Part shown: positions 1 through 9,823 of the stretch, piece after piece | Layout: each line of letters starts with the position of its first letter | How positions within the stretch are numbered: position 1 is the stretch's first letter | Source of the DNA: an uncultured Verrucomicrobiae bacterium | GTDB taxonomy: Bacteria; Verrucomicrobiota; Verrucomicrobiia; Limisphaerales; UBA11358 | Length of the DNA stretch: 64,000 bases | Direction: 5' to 3' | Assembly (NCBI GenBank): GCA_963754775.1 | Contig: CAVWHM010000023.1 | Span: forward strand, 19,734-83,733 | Program-made: the position numbers and the translations under genes | The notes under the pieces: model-generated | Databases searched by the model: none | The model's input: the letters and a program-made list of their open reading frames with translations, nothing else | What the model was told of the DNA's origin: nothing

Positions 1-229
1 AGCCAAGCTGGGCGAGCATCTCCGCGCGTTTCTTTTCGTAATCGGTCAACCCCATCCACTGATGCACCACGAGTACGCCGGGGCGTTTGCCCTGGATGGC
101 GTCGTCATAGGCAACGAAGCCTTCGAGCGTGGCGTCGCCCTGTTTGTATTCAACAGTCTCGGTATGGATGGCCGCGCGCACGGTCATGGCGCAACTTAAT
201 GCCAGAAAAACGGGAATCAAATTTTTCAT
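1..229 (-). CDS. Dienelactone hydrolase family protein, N-terminal part (runs off window)
   Basis: Manual translation MKNLIPVFLALSCAMTVRAAIHTETVEYKQGDATLEGFVAYDDAIQGKRPGVLVVHQWMGL...; signal peptide plus DLH-type VLVVHxWxG motif. Confidence 0.8.
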   Translation of the reverse strand, partial: MKNLIPVFLALSCAMTVRAAIHTETVEYKQGDATLEGFVAYDDAIQGKRPGVLVVHQWMGLTDYEKKRAEMLAQLG

Positions 230-354
230 GCGGGTTTACCAATAAACCACCTCGCATAAAATTGCCAGTTCGTTTCAAACCTGCGCTTCATGCACGGCGT
301 AGCGGACGTCTCGACAAGCGCGCTGCTGACTCCTAAGCTGGCGGGTCGCAAGCC

Positions 355-1557
355 ATGACGCGCACGGAAAAACTTCTGGCTGAACTCATCGCGCTCCCCA
401 GCGTGAATTCCGCCTTCGCTCCATCCGATGGAGCTTCGGCGCGACAGGCTCGCCTTCGTCAATCGTATTATGGCGAGAAGAATGTCGCGGATTTTCTGGC
501 TGCCACCGCCGCGCGCGCCGGACTCGAAGTGGAATTTCAGAAGGTTTTACCGGGCCGTCCCAATCTTATCGTGCGGCTCCTTCCGCGGAATAGAATCCGC
601 CAGACCATCTTGCTTGCGCCGCACCTGGACACGGTCGGCGCCGACGATTCACAATTCGTCCCGCGCCGGAAAAACGGGCGGCTGCACGGACGCGGCGCGT
701 GCGACACAAAAGGCTCCGTCGCCGCCATGCTCGCCGCGCTTTGTGAATTGGCGAACGCCTAATCGCGTCCGAACGAAACCGAAATTGTTTTCGCCGGTTT
801 GATTGACGAAGAAAACGCGCAGGCCGGTTCCCGCGCGCTCGTAGCGCAGGCGTCCCGCCTGCGACTTGTGGAAAAACAGCGCAACAGGCGAGACGCCTGT
901 GCTACGACGCTGGCAATTGTCGGCGAACCGACACGATTGCAGGTGGTCACCGCGCACAAGGGCAGCTTGTGGCTGCAACTCGAAACGCGCGGCAAGGCGG
1001 CACACGGCGCAGCGCCCCATCTCGGCCAAAACGCCGTCCACGAAATGGCGCGCATCGTGGACGCGCTCGAAACGGATTACGCCGCGCGGTTGCGGAAGCG
1101 AAAACATCCGCTGCTCGGCATGGCGACGGTGAACGTCGGCACGATTTCCGGCGGTGCGCAACCCAATATTGTGCCCGACCGCTGTACCATCACGATTGAC
1201 CGGCGGACGCTGCCGGGCGAAACGGAAACCGGTGTTCGCCGTGAAATGGCCGCGTTCCTGAACTCGCAAAATCTGTCCGCAAAAATTTCCGACACGAAGC
1301 TCGCGCCAGCGCTGGCGCTGGAAACGGACCCGCAGCTGCCGCTCGTCCGGCAGTTTTTACGGAGTGTCGGCCAGTCGAGACCGGTGGGAGTGGATTATTT
1401 TTGCGACGCGGCGGTGCTGGCCGGCGCCGGCATTCCGAGCGTGGTGTTCGGCCCCGGCGACATCGCGCAGGCGCACACGGCGGACGAATGGATTTCACTG
1501 GCATCGCTGGAACGCGGCAAAAATCTGCTTTTGACCTTCCTGAAATCGCTTCCCTGA
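355..1557 (+). CDS. M20 family metallopeptidase (ArgE/DapE-like) with an in-frame TAA at 760-762 and two repeat-derived inserts
   Basis: ORFs 355-762 and 799-1557 are in the same frame; HLDTV, GRGACDTKG, DEE, VGEPT, AHTADE motifs. Confidence 0.8.
408..458 (+). repeat. CCTTCG..GCT(A/T)CGG palindromic element, in frame in the M20 gene
   Basis: tccgccttc-gctccatc-c-gatggagc-ttcggcgcgacagg; encodes part of APSDGASARQARLRQ. Confidence 0.6.
841..905 (+). repeat. GTAG REP-like doublet (family A), in frame in the M20 gene
   Basis: GTAGCGCAGGCGTCCCGCCTG...CAGGCGAGACGCCTGTGCTAC; peptide VAQASRLRLVEKQRNRRDACAT; homologous to 44935-44989. Confidence 0.85.
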
Positions 1558-1587
1558 ACCAGCCGGTTCTTTTATTGTCCTACGCCC

Positions 1588-2856
1588 ATGCCCGCAGCCA
1601 CAACCGAGACGACCCCGGCAGGTTCCACTTCGCATCATGCCGCCTTTTTTCGCCAGAGCGGCTGGCTGATGATTGCGAATGTGGCCAGCGGCTTGTTGAT
1701 GTACGCAGTCCATTTGTTGAACAAAAAGATCCCGCCGGCGGAATACGGCGTTTTCGGCGTGTTGCTGGCAGTGGTGATGTTCGTGCCGAACATGCCGCTG
1801 CAAATGGTGTTTGCCCAGCAGACGGCCCGGGCGCTGGCCACGAACCGGGAGCGCGAACTGGCGGGGATGATCCGGCTGGCCTGGCTGGGAACGCTTGGAC
1901 TGTGTCTCTTGTTGGCCATCGGCGTGGGGATCTGGCAGGCGGAGATTCTGGCGGCCTGGAAATTGGCGAACCCGGCCGGCTTGTGGATTACGCTGTTGGT
2001 GGTGTTGCTTTCGTTTTGGCTGCCGCTGTTCTGGGGTGTGTTGCAGGGGCAACAGGATTTTTTCTGGCTGGGCTGGTCGAACATTTTCAACGCCGCCGGC
2101 AGGCTGGGCCTGGCGTCGTTCATCGTGCTGCTGCTCGGTGGTTACGCGGCGGGAATGATGGTGGGAGTTTGCCTGGGGCTGGTCACGGCGGTCGGCATCA
2201 GCATCTGGCAAACGCGGTCCCTGTGGCTGAGGCACGCGCAACCGTTCGACTGGCGCCGCCTGCTGGCGCAAATCGGCCCGCTGATGCTGGGGTTTGGCGC
2301 GGTGCAATTTTTTTTCACAGCCGATACAATGTTCGTGAAGGCATATTTCTCCGGCGATGATGCGGCGTTTTATGTGAGCGCCGGGACTTTGTCGCGCGGA
2401 CTTCTGTGGCTGGTGGTGCCGCTGGCGACGGTAATGTTTCCAAAAATTGTTCACAGCGTCGCGCGATCGGAAAAGAGCAACCTGCTGGGCATCGTGCTGC
2501 TCGGCACAGCCGTTCTGGCGGCGGGCGGCGCGCTGGGGCTGACGGTGCTGGGACCGTTGGTCATCAAGCTGGCTTACTCGAAAGACTATGTTTCCGTCGC
2601 TGCGGCGGTGTTGCCGTGGTATGCGTGGGCGATGGTGCCGCTGTCCCTGGCCTACGCGCTCGTCAACAACCTGCTGGCGCGGTCGCAATTCCGCATCGTG
2701 CCGGTGCTGTTGCTGCTCGCCGCGGTGTACGGTGTTGCGTTGACTCAATTTCACGACAGCCTGATAACGGTGCTGAAAACCCTCGGTGTTTTCAACCTGC
2801 TGCTGCTGGGCGCGTGTGTGTGGTTCACGTGGGGCAAAATAGGAGATAGGAAATAG
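1588..2856 (+). CDS. Polysaccharide flippase/Wzx-like (MOP superfamily) membrane protein
   Basis: 422 aa, about 12 hydrophobic segments, EYGVFG motif, next to a GT2 gene. Confidence 0.7.
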   Translation: MPAATTETTPAGSTSHHAAFFRQSGWLMIANVASGLLMYAVHLLNKKIPPAEYGVFGVLLAVVMFVPNMPLQMVFAQQTARALATNRERELAGMIRLAWLGTLGLCLLLAIGVGIWQAEILAAWKLANPAGLWITLLVVLLSFWLPLFWGVLQGQQDFFWLGWSNIFNAAGRLGLASFIVLLLGGYAAGMMVGVCLGLVTAVGISIWQTRSLWLRHAQPFDWRRLLAQIGPLMLGFGAVQFFFTADTMFVKAYFSGDDAAFYVSAGTLSRGLLWLVVPLATVMFPKIVHSVARSEKSNLLGIVLLGTAVLAAGGALGLTVLGPLVIKLAYSKDYVSVAAAVLPWYAWAMVPLSLAYALVNNLLARSQFRIVPVLLLLAAVYGVALTQFHDSLITVLKTLGVFNLLLLGACVWFTWGKIGDRK

Positions 2857-2934
2857 CAGATGGGAGCTGGGGAATAAAAACTTGGTTCTCCAAATCTGTG
2901 CCCTAACTCCCAACTTCTATCTGCCATCTCCTAA
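2840..2934. repeat. Inverted 7-mer tandem arrays (ATAGGAG-like / CTCCTAA-like) at a convergent gene junction
   Basis: ataggag ataggaa atagcag atgggag ctgggga ... ccctaac tcccaac ttctatc tgccatc tcctaa. Confidence 0.7.
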
Positions 2935-3738
2935 TTTTGGGCCGGGCAACGGCGCCGGCGCGCGCAGTTTTTTGTAAATCCAGCCTTCCAATGGGCGCAA
3001 CGGACGGAGCCATCGGTAAAACGGCGAATAAATCAGCCGCACGCGCAATGTGGAGAGGAACATCGTCAACGAGGAGTGAATCAGCACCACCTTGGACCCG
3101 GCCTGGTCCGTCCACTCGGTCGGCGCCTCGAGGATGCGAAAGCCCGCGCGCTTGATGGACACCAGGAGATTGATGTCGAACGCCATGTCGGCAATGCGGA
3201 GGAATGGATGAATTTTTTCGACGACCTCGCGTTTCATCACCTTCGCGCCGCACTGTGTGTCGTGGATGTTCATCCAGAAGAAGAACTGCACAATCTTGTG
3301 AAACGCCCGGCTGGCGAATTGCCGGTGACTGGCTTGTGATTGATGGATGACTGCCCCTGGCATCCAACGCGAGCCAATGACGCAATCCGCTTCGCCAACG
3401 CGGCGGACCAGTTCGAGAAAGGCGCGCGGCGGCGTCGCCCCATCGGCGTCGGTGTAACCGATCAAATCCGCGTGCGCCGCAAGTTTCAGCCCTTCGATGA
3501 GCGCGCCGCCCTTGCCGATGGCCTCGCGGAATTCCAGCGCGTGGACCGTTGGAAATTCCGCCGCCACGCGCCGGACCACGCCGAGCGTGTCGTCGGTGCA
3601 ACCGTTGAGCACGACAACGATTTGAAATTCGCCGGAATAATTTCGCCCGAAAAATTCCGCGTAATCGCGCAGCACCGGTTCGATGCGCGCTTCTTCGTTG
3701 TACGCCGGAATCAGGATGAGCAGGCTCGGGTCGGGCAC
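2917..3738 (-). CDS. Glycosyltransferase family 2 (dolichyl-phosphate glucosyltransferase-like)
   Basis: IPAYNEE, GKGGA, DADG, DTQCGAK motifs. Confidence 0.9.
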   Translation of the reverse strand: MPDPSLLILIPAYNEEARIEPVLRDYAEFFGRNYSGEFQIVVVLNGCTDDTLGVVRRVAAEFPTVHALEFREAIGKGGALIEGLKLAAHADLIGYTDADGATPPRAFLELVRRVGEADCVIGSRWMPGAVIHQSQASHRQFASRAFHKIVQFFFWMNIHDTQCGAKVMKREVVEKIHPFLRIADMAFDINLLVSIKRAGFRILEAPTEWTDQAGSKVVLIHSSLTMFLSTLRVRLIYSPFYRWLRPLRPLEGWIYKKLRAPAPLPGPKLGDGR

Positions 3739-3793
3739 GCAAAATCAGTAACAGAAACCAATGAGGCAGGCAATCTTGGGAACGACAATGCGT

Positions 3794-4294
3794 TCAATTG
3801 TTGGTCTCTGATGGAGCAACCAAAGCCCTTTGAAATTCCTTACTTCCTAATGCGCGGATAAATCCATCCTGAAATTCCTTTTCTGTCAACGGACGGAGAA
3901 TTATGACTTGCGTGAAATTTTTGTCGCGAACAAATTGAATGGCACCACCTTTGGGTGTGAGCCGATAAACGCCCAGTTCGCCCCCATTGTTTGTATCTAT
4001 CGGTTCAATATTTGGCGTGCCAAAGGCTTCCCGCAAGAAAACTTCCACTGAAGGATAACACTCCTTCGGCATACGAATTACAGTTCCATATTGGTCATCC
4101 GAATATCGCCATCTCTGGCTGATTTTCGGCAAATCGTTGGTAGCAATCAGCCGTGCATTTGGAACCAATGTCAACGTCCGCTGCAGGACAAAGTCAGCAA
4201 CTTCGCCGTGACCGCGTTTGAATTCGTCATGAGCGCACCCGAAAAGAAAACATGCGAGCAAGATTGAAATCTGACTTATTCGGCGCATGCTCAA
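3794..4294 (-). CDS. Hypothetical lipoprotein (lower GC)
   Basis: LFGC lipobox-like N-terminus, 166 aa ORF. Confidence 0.55.
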   Translation of the reverse strand: MSMRRISQISILLACFLFGCAHDEFKRGHGEVADFVLQRTLTLVPNARLIATNDLPKISQRWRYSDDQYGTVIRMPKECYPSVEVFLREAFGTPNIEPIDTNNGGELGVYRLTPKGGAIQFVRDKNFTQVIILRPLTEKEFQDGFIRALGSKEFQRALVAPSETNN

Positions 4295-4346
4295 TGGATA
4301 CTCGATTTCGTCTTTTCTTTCAATAACTAACGTTTAACCTTGCCGC

Positions 4347-5453
4347 ATGGATTCCCGCGAAGCCCTAATCGCGCTCAATCTCATCGAACACGTCGGGCCA
4401 GTGCGCGCGCGGCTGTTGCTCGAACATTTCGGCGACGCGCCCCAAATTCTGGCCGCCTCCAGATCCGCGTTGCTCCGCGTCCGCAATGTCGGCGAGGAAA
4501 CCGCCGACGCGATTGCCGGATGGGAAAAATCCATTGACCTGGCGGGTGAACTCAAGCGCATTCAGGAATTCGGCTGCCACATTTTGATCCAAAGCGACAC
4601 CGATTATCCCGAAATGCTCCGGCAAATTTATGACCCCCCGCTCGTGCTGTACGTGAAAGGCGCGCTGACGGCGAAGGACAAAAGCGCCGTGGCGATGGTC
4701 GGCTCGCGGATGACGACGCATTACGGCATCGAGACGGCGCGCAAGCTGGCCTACCAACTGGCCTACGTCGGCGTGACGGTCGTGAGCGGCGGTGCGCGCG
4801 GGATTGACACGGCGGCGCATCAGGGCGCGCTGGCGGCGAAAGGCCGGACGGTGTGCGTGCTGGGCACGGGCATCAACATCGTGTTCCCCCCGGAGAACCG
4901 GGATTTGTTCGCGCGCATCGCCGAATCCGGCGCGGTCATCACGCAATTTCCCTTCAACCGCAACGGCGACAAACAATCCTTTGCCATCCGCAACCGCATC
5001 ATTGCCGGCATGACGCTGGGCACGGTGGTGGTCGAGGCCGACCTGCACAGCGGCGCGCTCATCACGTCGAATTTTGCGACGGAATACGGCCGGCAGGTCT
5101 TCGCCGTGCCGGGCCGGATTGATTCGCCCCGCAGCAAGGGCTGCCACGATTTGATCAAAAAAGGCGCGAAGTTGTGCGAAGGCGCAGAGGACATTTTGAG
5201 CGAGTTTGAGTATTTGTTCCCGGCCAGCAACCGTCCGCCGTCGCCGGGCGAAACCGGCGTGCTGCCCGCGCTCGAACTGGGTGATAACGAGCAGAAAGTC
5301 TATGACGCGCTGAACCACGAGGAATCTTCCATTGACGAAGTGATCCGGCGCAGCGGCCTGCCGAGTTCGGCGGTAAGCGTAGCGTTGCTCGGTTTGGAAA
5401 TGAAGCGTGTGGTGAAGCAACTGCCGGGAAAATTATTTGTGCGGAACACCTGA
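4347..5453 (+). CDS. dprA: DNA-processing protein DprA
   Basis: YDPPLVLYVKG, VGSR, VSGGARGID, RNRIIAG, SGALIT, C-terminal winged helix. Confidence 0.95.
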   Translation: MDSREALIALNLIEHVGPVRARLLLEHFGDAPQILAASRSALLRVRNVGEETADAIAGWEKSIDLAGELKRIQEFGCHILIQSDTDYPEMLRQIYDPPLVLYVKGALTAKDKSAVAMVGSRMTTHYGIETARKLAYQLAYVGVTVVSGGARGIDTAAHQGALAAKGRTVCVLGTGINIVFPPENRDLFARIAESGAVITQFPFNRNGDKQSFAIRNRIIAGMTLGTVVVEADLHSGALITSNFATEYGRQVFAVPGRIDSPRSKGCHDLIKKGAKLCEGAEDILSEFEYLFPASNRPPSPGETGVLPALELGDNEQKVYDALNHEESSIDEVIRRSGLPSSAVSVALLGLEMKRVVKQLPGKLFVRNT

Positions 5454-5514
5454 ACGTTTCCGGGCTTGCACGGCCGGTTGCAATGGACTAGAACACGCTC
5501 AATCCAGTGCGCTT

Positions 5515-6402
5515 ATGGCAAACTACACACTCATCGGAGGCGATCAAAAACAATATGGCCCAGTGACGGAGGAACAGTTGCGCCTGTGGATTCTCGATGG
5601 CCGGCTCACCCTGCGATCCCAGGTCAAGGCGGAGAGCGATGCGGAATGGCGTCCGCTCTCGGCGTTTCCCGAATTCGCCGCCGCGCTCGCCACCAGGTCC
5701 GCCGCCGCCGGCACGCCGCCGCCGTTGCCATCCACCGTGCCGCCCCTGCCGGCAAAAACCAGCGGCCTGGCCATCACCTCGCTGGTGCTGGGGATTTTGG
5801 GCCTGTTCACCTGCGGCATCACGGCGTTGTTTGGGTTGATTCTGGGAGTCGTGGCCATGGTCAAAGCGAAACAGCCGGGCCGGGGCGCGGCGGGCGGAAG
5901 CGGCATTGCGCTGGCCGGCGTGATCGTGTCCGCGATCTTTCTGCTCATGATTCCGATTTTTGCCGCCATGCTGCTGCCGGCGCTGGCGGCGGCAAAGCAA
6001 AAAGCCCAGGAGATCAATTGCATGAACAATGAAAAGCAACTGGCCCTGGCGGTGCGGATTTATTCGGATGATCACACAAATCAACTCCCGCCCGCCGCGA
6101 CCTGGTGTGACGCCATCCGGTCTTACGTTGGCTCGGAAAAAACTTTCCTGTGCCCGGCCGGCGATCCAGGCAAGCGTTGCAACTTCGCCTTCAACGCCAA
6201 ATTGGGCGGCATGGACGAAAGCAAAATCGCCCCGGACAGCGTGCTGATTTTTGAGTCAGACGGCGGCTGGAATGCGAATGGCGGCCTGGAACAGATGATT
6301 GGCAAACCGCGGCACGCCGGACGGTTCGTGGTCGCTTTTGCGGATGGCCATGTGGAAGCCGTGACCGATTCCCGACTGAGCACCCTGCGGTGGAACCCAT
6401 GA
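5515..6402 (+). CDS. GYF_2/DUF4339 + DUF4190 + H-X9-DG domain membrane protein
   Basis: YGPVTEEQLRLWILDGRL; TSGLAITSLVLGI; LLPALAAAKQKA..CMNNEKQL; FADGHVE. Confidence 0.75.
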   Translation: MANYTLIGGDQKQYGPVTEEQLRLWILDGRLTLRSQVKAESDAEWRPLSAFPEFAAALATRSAAAGTPPPLPSTVPPLPAKTSGLAITSLVLGILGLFTCGITALFGLILGVVAMVKAKQPGRGAAGGSGIALAGVIVSAIFLLMIPIFAAMLLPALAAAKQKAQEINCMNNEKQLALAVRIYSDDHTNQLPPAATWCDAIRSYVGSEKTFLCPAGDPGKRCNFAFNAKLGGMDESKIAPDSVLIFESDGGWNANGGLEQMIGKPRHAGRFVVAFADGHVEAVTDSRLSTLRWNP

Positions 6403-6441
6403 ACCGGAAACAACCCAATTCCCGTTTAACTTAAAATAGCT

Positions 6442-7080
6442 ATGATGTATACAATCATCGGCGGCGACCAAAAAGAATACGGCGCGCTCACGGCGGAAGA
6501 TATGCGCAAGTGGATTGCCGAAGGACGGCTCAACGCGCAGACGTTGACCAAGGCGGAAGGCGATGAGGCATTTCGTCCGCTCGGGGGGTTTCCGGAATTC
6601 GTTGACGCGCTCGCGGCCGCAACGGCGGAACCAATCCAACCCATAACACCCATTCAGCCTGCCAACAACGGGAACCGCGATGCCGCCTTGCGACAGGTCA
6701 AGGGCCCGGCCATCGGACTTAAAGTGACTGCCGTGATTGGTCTGATGTTGGTTGCGGTGAGTTTGGTGATTAATGTTCTGATGTTGAGCGGTATTCAAAC
6801 CGGCTTGCAGCAAATCAATGATCCTCAAGTCCAGAAACTGTTAAGCTCGATGGGCGGCGGCCTGGGAATCGTTCAGAACCTTATCGGCGCTGTCGCGGGT
6901 GTCATCGTTCTAATGGGTGCGGCCAAAATGCAGAAACTGCAGAATCATCAGTTTGCGCTCACGGCCGGCATTGTGGCCATGTTGCCGTGCATTTCGCCTT
7001 GTTGTGTGTTCGGGCTGCCCATTGGCATCTGGGCGTTGGTGATTTTGAACAAGCCGGAAGTGAAGTCACAATTCAGTTGA
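6442..7080 (+). CDS. GYF_2/DUF4339 domain membrane protein
   Basis: MYTIIGGDQKEYGALTAEDMRKWIAEGRL followed by hydrophobic segments and PCISPCC. Confidence 0.75.
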   Translation: MMYTIIGGDQKEYGALTAEDMRKWIAEGRLNAQTLTKAEGDEAFRPLGGFPEFVDALAAATAEPIQPITPIQPANNGNRDAALRQVKGPAIGLKVTAVIGLMLVAVSLVINVLMLSGIQTGLQQINDPQVQKLLSSMGGGLGIVQNLIGAVAGVIVLMGAAKMQKLQNHQFALTAGIVAMLPCISPCCVFGLPIGIWALVILNKPEVKSQFS

Positions 7081-7086
7081 AGCATA

Positions 7087-7488
7087 ATGACCGCCCGGAC
7101 CGCACGACCGTTAAGCCGCGCCCGCGTCGTGAGTTGCGTGCTGGTCAATCTGGCCGCCACCCCGGGGCTGGGTTCGCTGATGGCGCGCCGGGTTGTGGCC
7201 GGAACCGGTCAATTGTTGCTCGCGGTTGTGGGATTTTGTTTGATTGTCGTCTGGATGTTTGAATTGTTTCATCGCGTTATTCTCGAACAACTCGGTGAAC
7301 CGGTTTCGCCAAATTCATCCGGCTGGATGGGGCAGTGGGGATTAGTTTGTTTTGGTGCAGGCTGGTTGTGGTCGCTGGTCACGAGTCTGAGTCTGTTGCG
7401 TCAGGTCAAAGCGGACGAGCTGGCCGGACAAAAACCTGTTCCGCCGCGACTGGCGGATTTGGCTGGCAAACCTCCCGAACAATCGTGA
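7087..7488 (+). CDS. Hypothetical membrane protein
   Basis: 133 aa ORF within the operon, NLAATPGLGSL and 3 TM segments. Confidence 0.6.
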   Translation: MTARTARPLSRARVVSCVLVNLAATPGLGSLMARRVVAGTGQLLLAVVGFCLIVVWMFELFHRVILEQLGEPVSPNSSGWMGQWGLVCFGAGWLWSLVTSLSLLRQVKADELAGQKPVPPRLADLAGKPPEQS

Positions 7489-7526
7489 AATTTCCGTGAC
7501 GGCGACCAAAACAAGAAAGGCGAGTT

Positions 7527-7985
7527 ATGTATAAAATCATCGGGACCGACGGCCGGCAATACGGGCCGGTGAACGCGGAGCAGCTCCGGCGCTGGCTCGC
7601 CGAGAACCGCGTCCATGCCCTGACCCTCGTTCAAACGGAAGGCGCCCAGGACTGGAAACCGCTGAGTGCCTTCCCTGAATTCACCGCCGAGTTGAATGCC
7701 GTCCCGCCGCCGATCATCCCGGCAGCGAGCACCGTGGCCGCGCGGGCCTCGCACAAAATTCCGGCTGGCATCCTGGGGATTTTGCTGGGTTCACTTGGCA
7801 TCCATAAATTCATTTTGGGCTACACTGGCGCCGGTTTGATTATGCTCCTGGTCACCGTGCTTTCCTGTTTCATCCTTTCGCCCATCATGCACATCATCGG
7901 TCTCATCGAAGGTATCATCTATCTGTGCAAGCCCGACGAGGAATTCGTGCGGGTTTACGTGGACAGCCGCAAGGAATGGTTTTGA
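7527..7985 (+). CDS. GYF_2 + TM2 domain protein
   Basis: YGPVNAEQLRRWLAENR; KIPAGILGILLGSLGIHKFILG (TM2 motif). Confidence 0.8.
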   Translation: MYKIIGTDGRQYGPVNAEQLRRWLAENRVHALTLVQTEGAQDWKPLSAFPEFTAELNAVPPPIIPAASTVAARASHKIPAGILGILLGSLGIHKFILGYTGAGLIMLLVTVLSCFILSPIMHIIGLIEGIIYLCKPDEEFVRVYVDSRKEWF

Positions 7986-7987
7986 CC

Positions 7988-8272
7988 ATGAAAAAATTCA
8001 CCGCCGCCCAAATCAAAACCGCGCTGGCCGCCCGGCCGGAGTGGAAAAAGCAGGGCGTGTTGATTACACGGACGTTTCAATTCAAGGATTTTCCCGCCGC
8101 GATAAAATTCGTGGACACCGTCGCCGAACTTGCCGAACAGGCCTGGCATCATCCGGACATTGACATCCGCTGGAACAAGGTGACGCTTACGCTCACGACG
8201 CATGACGCGGGCGGATTGACGAAAAAGGATTTTGTGCTCGCGCGAAAATTTGATGAATTGTCACTTCGCTGA
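7988..8272 (+). CDS. phhB: 4a-hydroxytetrahydrobiopterin dehydratase
   Basis: AEQAWHHPDI, TTHDAGGLT motifs. Confidence 0.9.
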   Translation: MKKFTAAQIKTALAARPEWKKQGVLITRTFQFKDFPAAIKFVDTVAELAEQAWHHPDIDIRWNKVTLTLTTHDAGGLTKKDFVLARKFDELSLR

Positions 8273-9802
8273 ATCAGCGCGCGGCACCGTCGCTGGTATG
8301 GTTGGTGGCGCTCCTTGCGGGGGGGCGTTGGTGCGCGGCAGCCGCCCAATCCAGATGTCGCTGACACCGTAATTCCATTCGAGCTGCGGGATGTTGGGCG
8401 GGCTGCTGCGTCCACCGCTGATGACCAGCCGGTCTTCCGGTCGCATTTTTTCCACCCACGGCGCGTAGGTTTTGGAATCGCCGAAATTCCACAGGATTTT
8501 GTGATATACCCGGAAATCTTCGTCGGGCATCAGCGCGGGTTCATAACCCAGAATGTATCGCCAGTCACCGTTGGGATTTTTGAAAAAGGTTTGATAGAAA
8601 ATCGCCATGTCCGAAGAATAAAGGATGCCGCCTTTGTCCGGCAGCCAGCCCGTGAGGCTCTTGTCGTCGGGGGTGAGATATTGTTGGGTTAGATTATACG
8701 TCCAGCGGCTGTTAAAGTCGTTGGTCGTGGCAAGAAAGGTCGTTACCGCCAATCCACCAACCAGCGCCAGGCGCTTGAAAGAATCCGCCGCGAAACGCGC
8801 TTCCAAAAGCAACTGCAAATCGCACGTTATTAAAACCATCAACGCTGGCCAGCCCCAGTCGGCCGTGAACCGCACCGCCTTGAAACCGAGCACCCAGGTA
8901 AGCGTGGCGAGCCAGAAAGCCGGATTGGTAGTCAGTGCTCGCGCTTTCAATCCGGCCAGCTGGCGCAAAATCAGCAGCCCGCCCAGAATGATCAGCCCGA
9001 AAACATCGCCGGATGACGAACGAAATTCGGTGACCATGGTGCGTTGGGTAAGGTGCATTCCAAAAGCGCGATAGGCCATTACGACGGCCTGGTAAAGGGA
9101 TTCAAACGGATGGCCGGTAAAGGAAGCGCCCAGAAATACACCCGCCAGCCATCCTACTATCAGCGCCAATCCCCAACGAAACTGTCCGGCGAGGAAGAAG
9201 GCCGCCACCGGGAGCGCCCAGAGATACCACACCCCGTGCACAAACGAGCAAATCGCAATCAACAGGGCCATCCACACTGCCGTCCACCATCTTGGCGGAG
9301 TTGAACCCCGGATTTGCCAGGCGAAAAGAATGATCAAGAGTCCGGCGATCGTCACCAGAAACGGACGCCCGAGCAGCAGCCGCCCCAAAACTCCCGAAGT
9401 GAGGGCGGTGGCTGTCAACGCTATCAACCACGCTTCCGGCCGCTTTAACCACGGCAGCGCCGACCATCCCACCAGCGTGAACAGCGCCACGACGGCAAAT
9501 ACAACCAGTCCTTCGGTGCTGCAGTTGGTCCAAAGGTGAATTTGCCGCAGCAGGAAATGCCAGCCATAGTTGTGATCAATCTGGAATGCGGGGCCAAGCA
9601 CCAGAATTTCCGGCCAGGGTTTGCCGCTCACCGCCTTCGCCGCGTGCCGCAGTGCGTCGTCCGGCGGCAGATAGCCATAGCTGATGATCTTCAAAGGAAT
9701 GGCCAGAATGACCAGAACGACAATGACCCAGGCCGCCAGCGGAACGTAACGCCGCAGCGCGTTTAAGCGCGTCGCATAAAAATTGTTCTGGCCGTTTGTC
9801 AT
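8261..9802 (-). CDS. Polytopic membrane protein, tandem paralogue 1 (possibly GT-C fold)
   Basis: 513 aa, PPDDALRH luminal motif, RP motif, many TM segments. Confidence 0.65.
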   Translation of the reverse strand: MTNGQNNFYATRLNALRRYVPLAAWVIVVLVILAIPLKIISYGYLPPDDALRHAAKAVSGKPWPEILVLGPAFQIDHNYGWHFLLRQIHLWTNCSTEGLVVFAVVALFTLVGWSALPWLKRPEAWLIALTATALTSGVLGRLLLGRPFLVTIAGLLIILFAWQIRGSTPPRWWTAVWMALLIAICSFVHGVWYLWALPVAAFFLAGQFRWGLALIVGWLAGVFLGASFTGHPFESLYQAVVMAYRAFGMHLTQRTMVTEFRSSSGDVFGLIILGGLLILRQLAGLKARALTTNPAFWLATLTWVLGFKAVRFTADWGWPALMVLITCDLQLLLEARFAADSFKRLALVGGLAVTTFLATTNDFNSRWTYNLTQQYLTPDDKSLTGWLPDKGGILYSSDMAIFYQTFFKNPNGDWRYILGYEPALMPDEDFRVYHKILWNFGDSKTYAPWVEKMRPEDRLVISGGRSSPPNIPQLEWNYGVSDIWIGRLPRTNAPPQGAPPTIPATVPRADSAK

Positions 9803-9823
9803 CGGGGCATCACGCGGAAATCT

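Noticed and set aside
760-762. Stop-codon readthrough or recoding in the M20 gene
   Set aside because: A single TAA at a non-catalytic position; TAA, TAG and TGA all act as normal stops elsewhere; more likely a point error or mutation
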